A DNA stretch of 64,000 nucleotides from Longimicrobiales bacterium. GTDB lineage: Bacteria; Gemmatimonadota; Gemmatimonadetes; Longimicrobiales; Gaopeijiaceae. This document shows positions 22,007-30,885 of this stretch, piece by piece. Position 1 is the stretch's first letter. Each line of letters starts with the position of its first letter. A program made the position numbers and the translations under genes. The notes beneath the pieces were generated by a model. The model saw only the letters and a program-made list of their open reading frames with translations, did no database searches and was not told the origin of the DNA. Location of the stretch: assembly GCA_965248195.1 (NCBI GenBank), contig CBDFIQ010000002.1:2336001-2400000 (forward strand), written 5' to 3'.

Positions 22007-22944
22007 TGCTCGCCGAGCTCACCTCCGGCATCCAAGCACTGAGCCAGGAGCAGTTGGGACTTCTGCTCCTCGTCCTCGCTGTCTTCACGGGCGTCGGGTT
22101 CTTCCTGTGGAAGAGATCCTTCCAACACGCCCGTGTGATGGAAGACATGCCCACGTCCAAGGTCCGCTCCGCCGCCCAGGGGTTCGTCGAGCTCTCGGGA
22201 ATCCAGCACGCGCTCGAGGGCGTTCCCCTGTCCGCTCCCCTGACCGGTAGTACCTGCACTTGGTGGGACTACAAGATCGAGAAGAGGGAACGGAGGCGGA
22301 GTTCCAAAGGGCAAAACTCGACCCGCTGGGTCACGGTGGAGAAGGAGACGAGCGTCGGCTTCTTCAACCTGAAGGACGACACCGGGGAGATCCTCGTTAA
22401 TCCGATGGGAGCCGACGTTACCCCCTCGTTGCAGAGGGTCTGGTACGGTAACGCGCGGCGGCCCAACGGTGACGGCTCGTCCCGATTTGGAGGCAGCCTA
22501 AAAGGGCGGTACCGGTATACCGAGCGGATCATGCGCCCCGGCGAGCCCATCTACGCACTCGGCCACTTCGAGACGTGGAGCAACGTCCGGGGAACGAAGG
22601 AGCGCTCGGAAAAGCGCGCCGAAATCCTCGCCGGATGGAAGAAGGACGCCGACGCGCTCGTGCGCCGTTTCGACGAAGATGGGGACGGGCGCGTGGACGA
22701 AGACGAGTGGGAGAGCGCCCGCGAGGCCGCGCAAACTCTCGTCGAGGAGCAGGTTGCCGAGGCCGCGATGAAGCCGAACGTCGACATTCTGATGAAGCCG
22801 GAAGAAGACCATCCGTTCATCCTTTCCACGAAGAACCAGGATGAGCTCACCAAGGTATATCGTTGGAGAGCGGTGGGCGGGCTCCTGTTGTTCTTCGCGG
22901 GGCTCGCGGCCGTCGGAGTCACCCTGACCTCCCGCTTCGGGTAA
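22006..22944 (+). CDS. GIDE-domain-like membrane protein with EF-hand-like loop
   Basis: N-terminal TM, MEDMPTSKVRSAAQGFVELSG, RYTERIMRPGEPIYALG, FDEDGDGRVDEDEW, C-terminal TM; coupled to lemA. Confidence 0.75.
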   Translation: MLAELTSGIQALSQEQLGLLLLVLAVFTGVGFFLWKRSFQHARVMEDMPTSKVRSAAQGFVELSGIQHALEGVPLSAPLTGSTCTWWDYKIEKRERRRSSKGQNSTRWVTVEKETSVGFFNLKDDTGEILVNPMGADVTPSLQRVWYGNARRPNGDGSSRFGGSLKGRYRYTERIMRPGEPIYALGHFETWSNVRGTKERSEKRAEILAGWKKDADALVRRFDEDGDGRVDEDEWESAREAAQTLVEEQVAEAAMKPNVDILMKPEEDHPFILSTKNQDELTKVYRWRAVGGLLLFFAGLAAVGVTLTSRFG

Positions 22945-22964
22945 TAGGCCTCGTCCAGCAACCG

Positions 22965-23279
22965 CTACAGCAACCGCTCCATGATCCCCATCAAGGTGAT
23001 CTTTTTCACATCACCTCCTCTCTCGTAAAGGAGGTACGGCGCAGGTTCCTTTCCCAAGATCGCTGGGACCTCCAGTAGTTCTAGGTCATTCCGGATCTCT
23101 TCAACAGAGTGATCTTCGAACACAGATTTGCGGACCGACAGCATGGGCGGAAGCGGAACGTCGTGCAGGATTCGAAACCAGTAGGTGTCGGCCACGGGGT
23201 CGAAACCTGCGTCTACCTCGCCACCCATTCGCGTTGAAAGCCAGTCCTTGAGCGCTTCGACCTTCTCAGCAAGATCCAT
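22965..23279 (-). CDS. Hypothetical protein
   Basis: 104-aa ORF with AGGAG upstream of ATG. Confidence 0.6.
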   Translation of the reverse strand: MDLAEKVEALKDWLSTRMGGEVDAGFDPVADTYWFRILHDVPLPPMLSVRKSVFEDHSVEEIRNDLELLEVPAILGKEPAPYLLYERGGDVKKITLMGIMERLL

Positions 23280-23731
23280 CGGTATCCGCTCCTCTGTTCA
23301 TGGCCTCATGGCCTAGCCCCGCCCGTCATCCAGCAACTGCTGCAGATCCTCGTCCGACCGATCCTCGAGTCCATCGTTACAGTCCAACAAGACCGTGTGG
23401 AACTCCCCCTCGGATCGAAACTTCGTCGATTTACTCACCGCCCGAAAGCAACTCGTATATCAATCCACAGACCATATAGAAGTCGGACCTCGATATCTCC
23501 AAACCTTCCATCAACGAAGGAAGACGCGCGAGCAGCCGATCAAGACGTTCGGTAACCGACATCGGGCGGTGATGTCGGCTCGCTGCTTGCTCATGCAGCA
23601 TGAGGTCGCGCTGTCGCTAGATCGTGGCGCAGATCCGCGACACTCGATTATCTTGATCGGCGGTGACGGCCGGCGGCCGGGCTAGTCCCTGGCCGCCGGT
23701 TTCACTTCCTACCAGGTGATGGAGCATCCGC

Positions 23732-24730
23732 ATGAAGCCTCTGACCGGAAAGGTCGCCGTCGTGGCCGGCGCGACCCGAGGCGCGGGACGCGGCATCGCG
23801 AGCATGCTTGGAGAGGCGGGCGCCACCGTCTACTGCACGGGGCGGAGCGTCCGTGGCCAGCCGGCCTCCGGGGCGAACCGTACCGAGACGATCGAGGAAA
23901 CGGCAGAGCTCGTCACGGAGCTCGGAGGGACAGGCATCTGGGACCGAGTCGACCACACCGTCGAGAAGGAGGTCGCGGCGCTCTTCCAGAGAGTTAAGGA
24001 CGAGCAGGGACGCCTGGACATCCTGGTGAACGACGTCTGGGGGGGCGATTCACTGACCGAGTGGGGCAAGCCCTTCTGGAAGCTCTCCACCCAGAAGGGT
24101 CTGGCCATGCTTCGGCAGGCCGTCGACACGCACATCATCACGAGCCGCCATGGAGTCCCCCTGATGATCGAACAAGGGCACGGCCTCATCGTGGAAATCA
24201 CCGACGGCGACTTCCTCGGTTACCGGGGCAACCTGTTCTACGACCTCGTGAAGGTGGGTGTGATCCGCCTGGCCTACGACATGTCGCTGGATCTGAAGGA
24301 CCGGGGGATCACTGCGCTGGCGGTGACGCCCGGGTTTCTGCGCTCCGAGGCCATGCTCGATCATTTCAGCGTCACCGAGGAGAACTGGCGGGACGGTGCG
24401 GAGAAGGACCCTCATTTCGCCGAGTCCGAGTCGCCCGCCTTCGTCGGGAGGGCGGTGGCCGCCCTCGCAGCCGACCCCAACGTCCTCGACAAGACGGGCC
24501 GCGTGTGGGCGTCCTGGACGCTGGCTAAGGAGTACGAGATCCGCGACGTCGACGGCCGACAGCCGGACTGGGGTGGCTATTTCGATGGGACCGTGGCGGC
24601 CGTCCTGGAACGTGGTGGGCCGCTCAGTGGCAGCGACCGGGCGCTCCTCGAGATGCGGCGCTTTCAGATCGATCGAGACACCGCGCGGGCGGACCAGGCG
24701 AAGCAGATCGACGAATTGCTGAAGGGATAG
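23732..24730 (+). CDS. SDR family oxidoreductase
   Basis: VAVVAGATRGAGRGIA, DILVNDVWGG, YDLVK catalytic motif. Confidence 0.93.
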   Translation: MKPLTGKVAVVAGATRGAGRGIASMLGEAGATVYCTGRSVRGQPASGANRTETIEETAELVTELGGTGIWDRVDHTVEKEVAALFQRVKDEQGRLDILVNDVWGGDSLTEWGKPFWKLSTQKGLAMLRQAVDTHIITSRHGVPLMIEQGHGLIVEITDGDFLGYRGNLFYDLVKVGVIRLAYDMSLDLKDRGITALAVTPGFLRSEAMLDHFSVTEENWRDGAEKDPHFAESESPAFVGRAVAALAADPNVLDKTGRVWASWTLAKEYEIRDVDGRQPDWGGYFDGTVAAVLERGGPLSGSDRALLEMRRFQIDRDTARADQAKQIDELLKG

Positions 24731-24760
24731 GGAGCCTCGATGACCGGCCCACGAGACGAA

Positions 24761-25259
24761 CTACCGAGACGTCCAGAGGAAGACCTCCCAGTCACGGAGA
24801 GGGTCAGGCCCACCCACCGCCCTGTCCATGGGAAGGCCGGTCTTACCGGAGTACAGCTCGAGCATCGGCAGGCGCGCGTCACCCAGGATCTCCGTGGCCC
24901 GCATCGCATACGTCGCGTCACCGATGCGTAGCCGCCCATCCGTTTTGCCGTCTCTTATCCGCTGCGCCCAGTAACCCCCGTCCGGGCGGGTGGGTGATCA
25001 CACCCTCGGGAGTCCCCACATACGTAAGATAGATCACGAACGGCGGGAAGCCGGCCTGCTTCATCAGCAGATTGGTCCCCACGTCATTGACGGTGCTAAA
25101 GTCGCTCGGGGCGGGCGTATCCGTCCCTCCGATTATCACACCGGGCGTACGCGAAAGCCCCTGGTTGCCTGCATAAGGAGCGGTGGACACCCAGCTGGGA
25201 ACGCCGATCAGGAGTACCACTCCCGTGACGATCCCTGCGATCTTCAGCTTTCCGCTCAC
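24761..25259 (-). pseudogene. Membrane-anchored hypothetical protein, frameshifted near 24990
   Basis: ORF 24918-25259 continues in another frame as TRPDGGYWAQRIRDG...WEVFLWTSR* with stop at 24761. Confidence 0.6.
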
Positions 25260-25650
25260 CCTACATCCTCCGCGTTGGTCTCAGCGCGGACGCTTTACCA
25301 GGCCTCGGCAGAAGGGTAACCCTGAACTGGAGCGTTGTCAGTATGGGAGCCCGAACACCAGAAGATCTTCGTAGACTCGTCACTGGCGTCGGCCCTGAGT
25401 CGCAGGTGGTAGGGTCGATGCGTCGTTGGAAGTGCAGACGAGAATCGGATCCTGAGCCGGGGAAGGTTGCTGCACGACCGCCCCTCGCGGGCGCCCATGG
25501 GTGAGCGCAGTCATGCGTGTGAGCACTTGGTAGTTGGCGAACGACTGAGGGCGAGCTAGACTAACATTCCGGGGGGCCACAAGGCCCGATTGCCGGCGAC
25601 CGCTTCATACTCTTTGCGGCAACGGAAACGTTCCTCGAAAGGAACCCGAC

Positions 25651-26820
25651 ATGACAAAACAGACCACCCGTCGTGACATGATCAAAGGAAGCGTCGCTCT
25701 CGCGGGATTGGGCGTCCTCGGCCTACCGGAATGGGCGTTTCCGGCCCTCACCCAAGACCAGACCTTGGTGCGCTTCACCGACTTGCCCGATGAGATCGTG
25801 CTGGAGCGCACGCCTGATCGGCGGATCATCGATATCCGAGGGATCGACGGGGTAATCACCCCGAGCGACCAGTTCTTCACGACGCAGCATTACGGGCACC
25901 CCGAGATCGACACGGCGACGTACCGACTGCGGGTGTCCGGACTCGTGGACCGGCCGTTGTCGCTCTCGCTCGCCGAGCTGCGCGCGATGCCCGGCCGCGA
26001 TCTCGTCTTTGGGTTCGAGTGCTCGGGGAATCGCGGCCCGGTGAACGGTCTTTCGAGTAACGGCCGCTGGCGGGGGGTCCCGTTGCGGGCGGTCCTGGAG
26101 CGGGCCGGGGTGCACGCCGAGGCCCGCGAGTTTGTCTTCTTCGGCGCCGACCACGGCGAAGAGGAGGTGGAGTTCCGGGGTCGCGCGTACCCCGTGGACC
26201 AGCAGTACGGCCGGAGTCTCCAACGCGACCAGGCGTTGTCGGACGAGCCGCTGCTGGCCTACTCGCTGAACGACGAGCCGCTAAGCACACATCAGGGGCG
26301 TCCGCTCCGGTTGCTCAACCCCGGGTGGTACGGTGCGCCGAACGTAAAGTGGCTCTCCGAGATCCACGTCCAGGAGGAGCCGTACCTCGGGAAGTACCAG
26401 GCCCGCTGGTACCGGACGTTGAAGGGCGAGATGATCAACGGCGAGATGAAGTGGGTAGAAACCGCGATTACCAAGATGCAGCTGAAGTCGTTCGTCGCTC
26501 GGGTCACCCGAGAGAGCGGCGGGCAGCACAACGTGTTCGGCGTGGTGATGCACGACGGCACGCCGCTCCGGTCGGTCGAGGTGAAGGTGGACGACGGCCC
26601 GTGGCAGCCTGCAACGCTCGACCCGGCGACGACGAGCGAGCAGTACGGGTGGAAGTTCTTCAACTACACCTGGAACGGCGCCACCCCGGGAGAGCACACC
26701 GTGACCTCACGGGCGACCGACGTCGACGGCAACGTACAGGCGACCGCCGAGGAGCTGGAAACCAAGCTGACCTTCCTCGAGCACAGCCTGCAGCTACCGC
26801 GGACCCTCATTATCGAGTAG
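25651..26820 (+). CDS. Tat-exported sulfite oxidase-family molybdoenzyme
   Basis: TTRRDMIK Tat motif, FECSGNR Mo-ligand Cys, HQGRPLRLLNPGWYG..NVKWL, SRATD. Confidence 0.9.
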   Translation: MTKQTTRRDMIKGSVALAGLGVLGLPEWAFPALTQDQTLVRFTDLPDEIVLERTPDRRIIDIRGIDGVITPSDQFFTTQHYGHPEIDTATYRLRVSGLVDRPLSLSLAELRAMPGRDLVFGFECSGNRGPVNGLSSNGRWRGVPLRAVLERAGVHAEAREFVFFGADHGEEEVEFRGRAYPVDQQYGRSLQRDQALSDEPLLAYSLNDEPLSTHQGRPLRLLNPGWYGAPNVKWLSEIHVQEEPYLGKYQARWYRTLKGEMINGEMKWVETAITKMQLKSFVARVTRESGGQHNVFGVVMHDGTPLRSVEVKVDDGPWQPATLDPATTSEQYGWKFFNYTWNGATPGEHTVTSRATDVDGNVQATAEELETKLTFLEHSLQLPRTLIIE

Positions 26821-26868
26821 GGAGGAATAAGGGAATCATCCACTAATCCCGAGTACGATTTTCGATCC

Positions 26869-26934
26869 ATGCACGAGCGCAAAGTCGCGCTCAAGGTCCT
26901 GAAGCCCGAACTCGCAGCCGTAGTGGGCTCAGAT
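26869..26934 (+). pseudogene. Remnant of a Hanks-type Ser/Thr kinase gene
   Basis: HERKVALKVLKPELAAVVG matches kinase subdomain II-III; flanks are not kinase-like. Confidence 0.6.
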
Positions 26935-27047
26935 CCCCTGGCTTCGCGCCTTCGTGGAAGGCGCGGTGATCTTGCGGCAGAGTGGAGAACTAGGGGCCTC
27001 ACAGCGGTCGTAGCTGAGGCTCCTGCCATTGCACCAGCGCCTTCCTG

Positions 27048-28784
27048 CTAGCCATCCGGAAGGGTGAACAACCATACGCTGTCTCCCCGATCGGTTCTGG
27101 CTATCCGGTTACCTGCAGAAAAAACTGCGACGTATTGCTTGCCGTTGTGCTCGAATACCGTGACCGGTGCGTTTACACCCGCGTCGGTCGCGAACTCCCA
27201 CAGCATGGAACCGTCACGGGCATCCAGCGCGGTTAAACGGCCGTCGTTACGGCCGGCAAACAGCAGGTCGCCTGCCGTCGCCACCAGGCCGCTGTAACAG
27301 CGACTGGGCCAGCGCTGGCTCCACAGCTTGCGATTGGTGCGCAGATCCATTGCGGAAACGATTCCGGTTATGGGAATGGGCGCGAAACGCATGCTACCAC
27401 CGGTGTAGCGGGTACCGGATTCCACTTGTTCCAGATCTGTCCCAACGGAATACGCGGCCTGCCGCTCGCCGGCGCAGACGTACATCACCCCGTTCTCGGG
27501 GTCTACGGTGCTCGGAGGCCAATTGGCCTCGCCACGGCGGAGCAGTACCGGCTCATCCCAAAACGGTGTAAAGATGGCGCCGTTGTTGATGAGCTGAAAA
27601 CCCTCCGGGGCGACATCCAATGTTTGAGCAACGAAGGGCTCGCCAACGGGATACGGCTGCGTGGCGGCAGTCGCCTGGCGGGGTTCCTGTGGAACCGGTC
27701 TCTCCTCGATACCTACAAGCGGTTCACCGTTCGTGCGATCGAGTATGTACAACCACCCTGTCTTGCCGGCCTGGGCCAAGCCTTTGCGTGGCACGCCGTC
27801 GTAGTCCAGATCGAACAAGACAACCGGGTTCGGTGCATCGTAGTCCCAGATGTCATGATGCACCTGCTGAAAGTGCCAACGATACTCACCGGTGTAGACA
27901 TCCAACGCCACGATGGACGCCGTGAACAGGTTGTCCCCAGCGCGCACGGCACCGTTATAGTCGGGGCCCGGGTTGCCGGTGGAGAAGTAGATCATGCCCA
28001 GCTCCGGATCGACTGCAGGCGTGTGCCAGACCGTTCCGCCGCCGGTTCGCCAGGCATCGTTGTCAGCGGGCCAGGTATCGTGGCCGAATTCGCCGGGGCC
28101 GGGCACGGTATAGAAGGTCCACAGCAGGCTACCGTCGTCCGCGCTGTACGCCTTCACTCTCCCTCGGGCCGCATATTCGGCACCCGCGAAACCGGTGATG
28201 ACCATGCCCTGGAAATACAGAGGTGCGCTCGTGATGGTGTAGCCTTCTTCCCAGGCTTCGGCTTGAACGGACCAGACCTCTTCCCCGCTGTCTTTGTCCA
28301 ATGCCTTCAGCACGCCATCCAGCTGTCCGACGAAGATCTTGTCTTCGCCAAAACCCACCCCGCGACTGGTCCATCCACAACAGATCGTCGAAATCTCGTT
28401 CGTGAGATTCGCCGAGTAGCGCCACGAGATTTCCCCGGTTTCAATGTCGAGGGCGAAGACATCGTCGGCGCCGGTGACGATGTACATGACCCCTTCATGG
28501 ACTATGGGCTGCGCCTCCCCGGAATACTTCGCGCCGACCCCGGACTCCTCTAGATGAGTACGCCAGACCGGACCAAGTCGATCGACGTTTCCGGTGTTGA
28601 TCTCCGTCAATGCTGAGAAGTTTCGGTTGAAGAGATCCCCGCCGTTGGTTAGCCAGTCGGTCGTAGGCAGTTCCGACAGCGCCTCTTGATCCGGTCTGCT
28701 CTGTGAAGACTCCGCAGCTTGAGATGCCGACGCTGAACTGAGAATGAGTATTCCCGCGAGAAGTGCCGGTATGTGGTTGTTCAT
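27048..28784 (-). CDS. Secreted PQQ-dependent alcohol dehydrogenase-family protein
   Basis: Signal peptide from MNNH, vicinal CC (ICCGWTSRG), GGGTVW, STGNPGP, HHDIWDYD, GKQYVAV. Confidence 0.9.
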   Translation of the reverse strand: MNNHIPALLAGILILSSASASQAAESSQSRPDQEALSELPTTDWLTNGGDLFNRNFSALTEINTGNVDRLGPVWRTHLEESGVGAKYSGEAQPIVHEGVMYIVTGADDVFALDIETGEISWRYSANLTNEISTICCGWTSRGVGFGEDKIFVGQLDGVLKALDKDSGEEVWSVQAEAWEEGYTITSAPLYFQGMVITGFAGAEYAARGRVKAYSADDGSLLWTFYTVPGPGEFGHDTWPADNDAWRTGGGTVWHTPAVDPELGMIYFSTGNPGPDYNGAVRAGDNLFTASIVALDVYTGEYRWHFQQVHHDIWDYDAPNPVVLFDLDYDGVPRKGLAQAGKTGWLYILDRTNGEPLVGIEERPVPQEPRQATAATQPYPVGEPFVAQTLDVAPEGFQLINNGAIFTPFWDEPVLLRRGEANWPPSTVDPENGVMYVCAGERQAAYSVGTDLEQVESGTRYTGGSMRFAPIPITGIVSAMDLRTNRKLWSQRWPSRCYSGLVATAGDLLFAGRNDGRLTALDARDGSMLWEFATDAGVNAPVTVFEHNGKQYVAVFSAGNRIARTDRGDSVWLFTLPDG

Positions 28785-28870
28785 ATTCTTGGGCTCTACA
28801 GTTCGTGTTGATCCCCAGAGACCGGCGGCGACGGGCTTATCATTGCCCGACAGCCTCACCCTCTCGTTCA

Positions 28871-28909
28871 ACCCCGGAGTCGGGGAATGAACCGGACCAA
28901 CTCCGGGGT
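28871..28909. terminator. Intergenic hairpin, possible terminator
   Basis: ACCCCGGAGT / ACTCCGGGGT 10-bp inverted repeat downstream of the 28943-29617 gene; no clear U-tract. Confidence 0.45.
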
Positions 28910-28942
28910 CACCGCACTCTTCCTTTCTGAGGGAAGCCCCAA

Positions 28943-29617
28943 TCAGCCGGCGGCGAAGCAGTAAAACAAACCGGCGCCTCCGGTGCTGATGAGGTTCTCC
29001 GGTGTGCAGCCCGGCGTGCCGTGGGAGGAGTTCCAAGGTGCGCCCGGCGTGGTAAAGGAGTAACGGTCCGCATGCCCTACCCTGGCGTTTCCCTCGCTGT
29101 TGCTTGTCCAGTTGTTGCAGGTTTGGTCCTGGCCCGCGGCAAACGCGGTGCCATCCATTTGTGAACCGGTGAGTACATCGTGCTCGGAAGAGTCCGGATC
29201 CCCGTCGATGCGTGAGACGAATTGATTGCCGTTCTCGTCCAGCGTGTACTGCCAGTTGAAATTCGAATTGTCGTAGTGGAGGCTTTCCACGCTGGCGGCC
29301 ATGATGAGGCCGTTGACATTCGCCCAGGGTCCGGAACCGATCCGGTCACGAGCATTGACGGCCGTGGCGTCGGCCGTCGCCTGCGTGCTCAGGTAGGCCC
29401 GCCAGGTACGGTTACCGGCCCCAACCGTCTCGGCAAGGCTCTGGCAGTGCGCGTCGGCGCCCTCGAGGCCCCCGAGGTTACCGCCGTTCCCGAGCCCCAC
29501 GCTCGTGATGAAGAAGCCCATGGGCTCGGTCTGCTGCTGCTGTCCCGCAGCGTGGACCGGCAGCGCCAACAGGCCCAAAGCGGTCAGCGAGAGCGCGACG
29601 TTGCGAGTGTAGCCCAT
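28943..29617 (-). CDS. Secreted endostatin/C-type-lectin-like fold protein
   Basis: GGAGG RBS, signal peptide, GNLGGLEGADAHCQSLA, TWRAYLS, CNNWTS, LFYCFA. Confidence 0.8.
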   Translation of the reverse strand: MGYTRNVALSLTALGLLALPVHAAGQQQQTEPMGFFITSVGLGNGGNLGGLEGADAHCQSLAETVGAGNRTWRAYLSTQATADATAVNARDRIGSGPWANVNGLIMAASVESLHYDNSNFNWQYTLDENGNQFVSRIDGDPDSSEHDVLTGSQMDGTAFAAGQDQTCNNWTSNSEGNARVGHADRYSFTTPGAPWNSSHGTPGCTPENLISTGGAGLFYCFAAG

Positions 29618-29964
29618 CGTTCTACCTCCCTCCTCGAGACGAGGCGTTCGGCCAAATCTTTCTTGGCATCTCTTGTACAAGGCGTCCGTCCGTTCGCTGC
29701 CGGGGGCGTCCGCAACGATTACGACTCGGAAGGTCGCGGCGGCACTCGGGGCGCGCTGTTCTAGGGGAACGTAAAGGCGGTCCCCTTCGCTTGCCAGGGG
29801 ACACGAGCCAAAATACGCTGAAGTACTCCAGGAACGCCGGCCATGAGCGTGATGGTGGCTATTAAGAAAAAAAGGGAGGGGCCTCGGGGCGCCAGGAGTC
29901 CCGGGACGGCAGGAAGCCTCAGGACGCAACGAAAGCTTCCGAAAGCCAAAGGGAATTTCGCTTT

Positions 29965-30885
29965 CTACGAGCGCGGGTGCGATCTCCGATATACCTGCCT
30001 CAAACGCTCCTTCGACGTGTGCGTGTACACCTGCGTCGTAGACAGTGACACGTGGCCGAGAAGCTCCTTGACCGCCATGAGGTCCGCGCCCGCGTCGAGA
30101 AGGTGCGTGGCGAAGCTATGGCGTAGAGCGTGCGCGCTCAGCCCCTCGCCCGGGGCCGCATCATCCAGAAATCGTCGGACCACGGTCTGGATGGACCGCC
30201 TCGAGAGCCTTTTCCCCGCCGGATTGAGGAGGAGGGCTTCACGGTCCGGCGCGAGTGAGGCGGCACCAAGTTCGAGGCGGCGAGGCAGGTATCGGGTCAT
30301 CGCCCGCCTGGCCGAGCCGGTGATGGGTACGAGTCGCTCCTTACTTCCTTTGCCGAACACCTTGGCCTGTTCCTGTCCCAGATCGAGGTCCGAGAGGTCG
30401 AGACCGTGAAGCTCCGACAGCCGGAGACCGCTCCCGTACAGGAGCTCGAGGATGAGGAGGTTTCTCGTGCCTCGAAACGTATTCTCCGCGGCACCGGCCT
30501 CGGCCCCAGAGAAGACTGCCTCGATATTTCCTGCAGTCGCGTGTCCGGGAAGACGCTTCTCTATCCTCGGTGACCTCAGCGTTCTCACCGGATCATTCGG
30601 CACACGGTCCTCGAGATGCAGGAACCGGTAAAACGTACGTATGGCCGACAGCTTTCGGGCCACGGTACGACGGGTCAGTCTTTTCCTCCCACACCATCCC
30701 ATGAACGTGCGGAAATCGATCCGTTCCACAGTCCCCCATCCCCATTCTCCCCCCCCGCGGTGGTCGTCGAGAAAAAGCCGCAGATCCTCGAGATCCTTTC
30801 GATAGGACACCAGGGTCCCAGGGGAAAGCCGTCGCTCCGACTCGAGGTGCTTGAGAAAGCGGGAAACTTCGGGGTCCACGTCCAT
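29965..30885 (-). CDS. xerC: Tyrosine recombinase XerC
   Basis: LYGSGLRLSEL, GKGSKER, HALRHSFATHLL, LLGHVSLSTTQVYTH; coupled to trmFO. Confidence 0.93.
   Translation of the reverse strand: MDVDPEVSRFLKHLESERRLSPGTLVSYRKDLEDLRLFLDDHRGGGEWGWGTVERIDFRTFMGWCGRKRLTRRTVARKLSAIRTFYRFLHLEDRVPNDPVRTLRSPRIEKRLPGHATAGNIEAVFSGAEAGAAENTFRGTRNLLILELLYGSGLRLSELHGLDLSDLDLGQEQAKVFGKGSKERLVPITGSARRAMTRYLPRRLELGAASLAPDREALLLNPAGKRLSRRSIQTVVRRFLDDAAPGEGLSAHALRHSFATHLLDAGADLMAVKELLGHVSLSTTQVYTHTSKERLRQVYRRSHPRS

Noticed and set aside
29860..29962. Structured sequence after xerC as an ncRNA or hammerhead ribozyme
   Set aside because: A GGAAGC/GCTTCC stem and a T7 tract exist, but the CUGANGA core and stem II are missing; at most a weak terminator
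29965..30885. XerC as an integron or island integrase for the adjacent accessory block
   Set aside because: Ordinary XerC length and motifs, coupled to trmFO; no IntI-specific insertion and no convincing attC sites between the accessory genes
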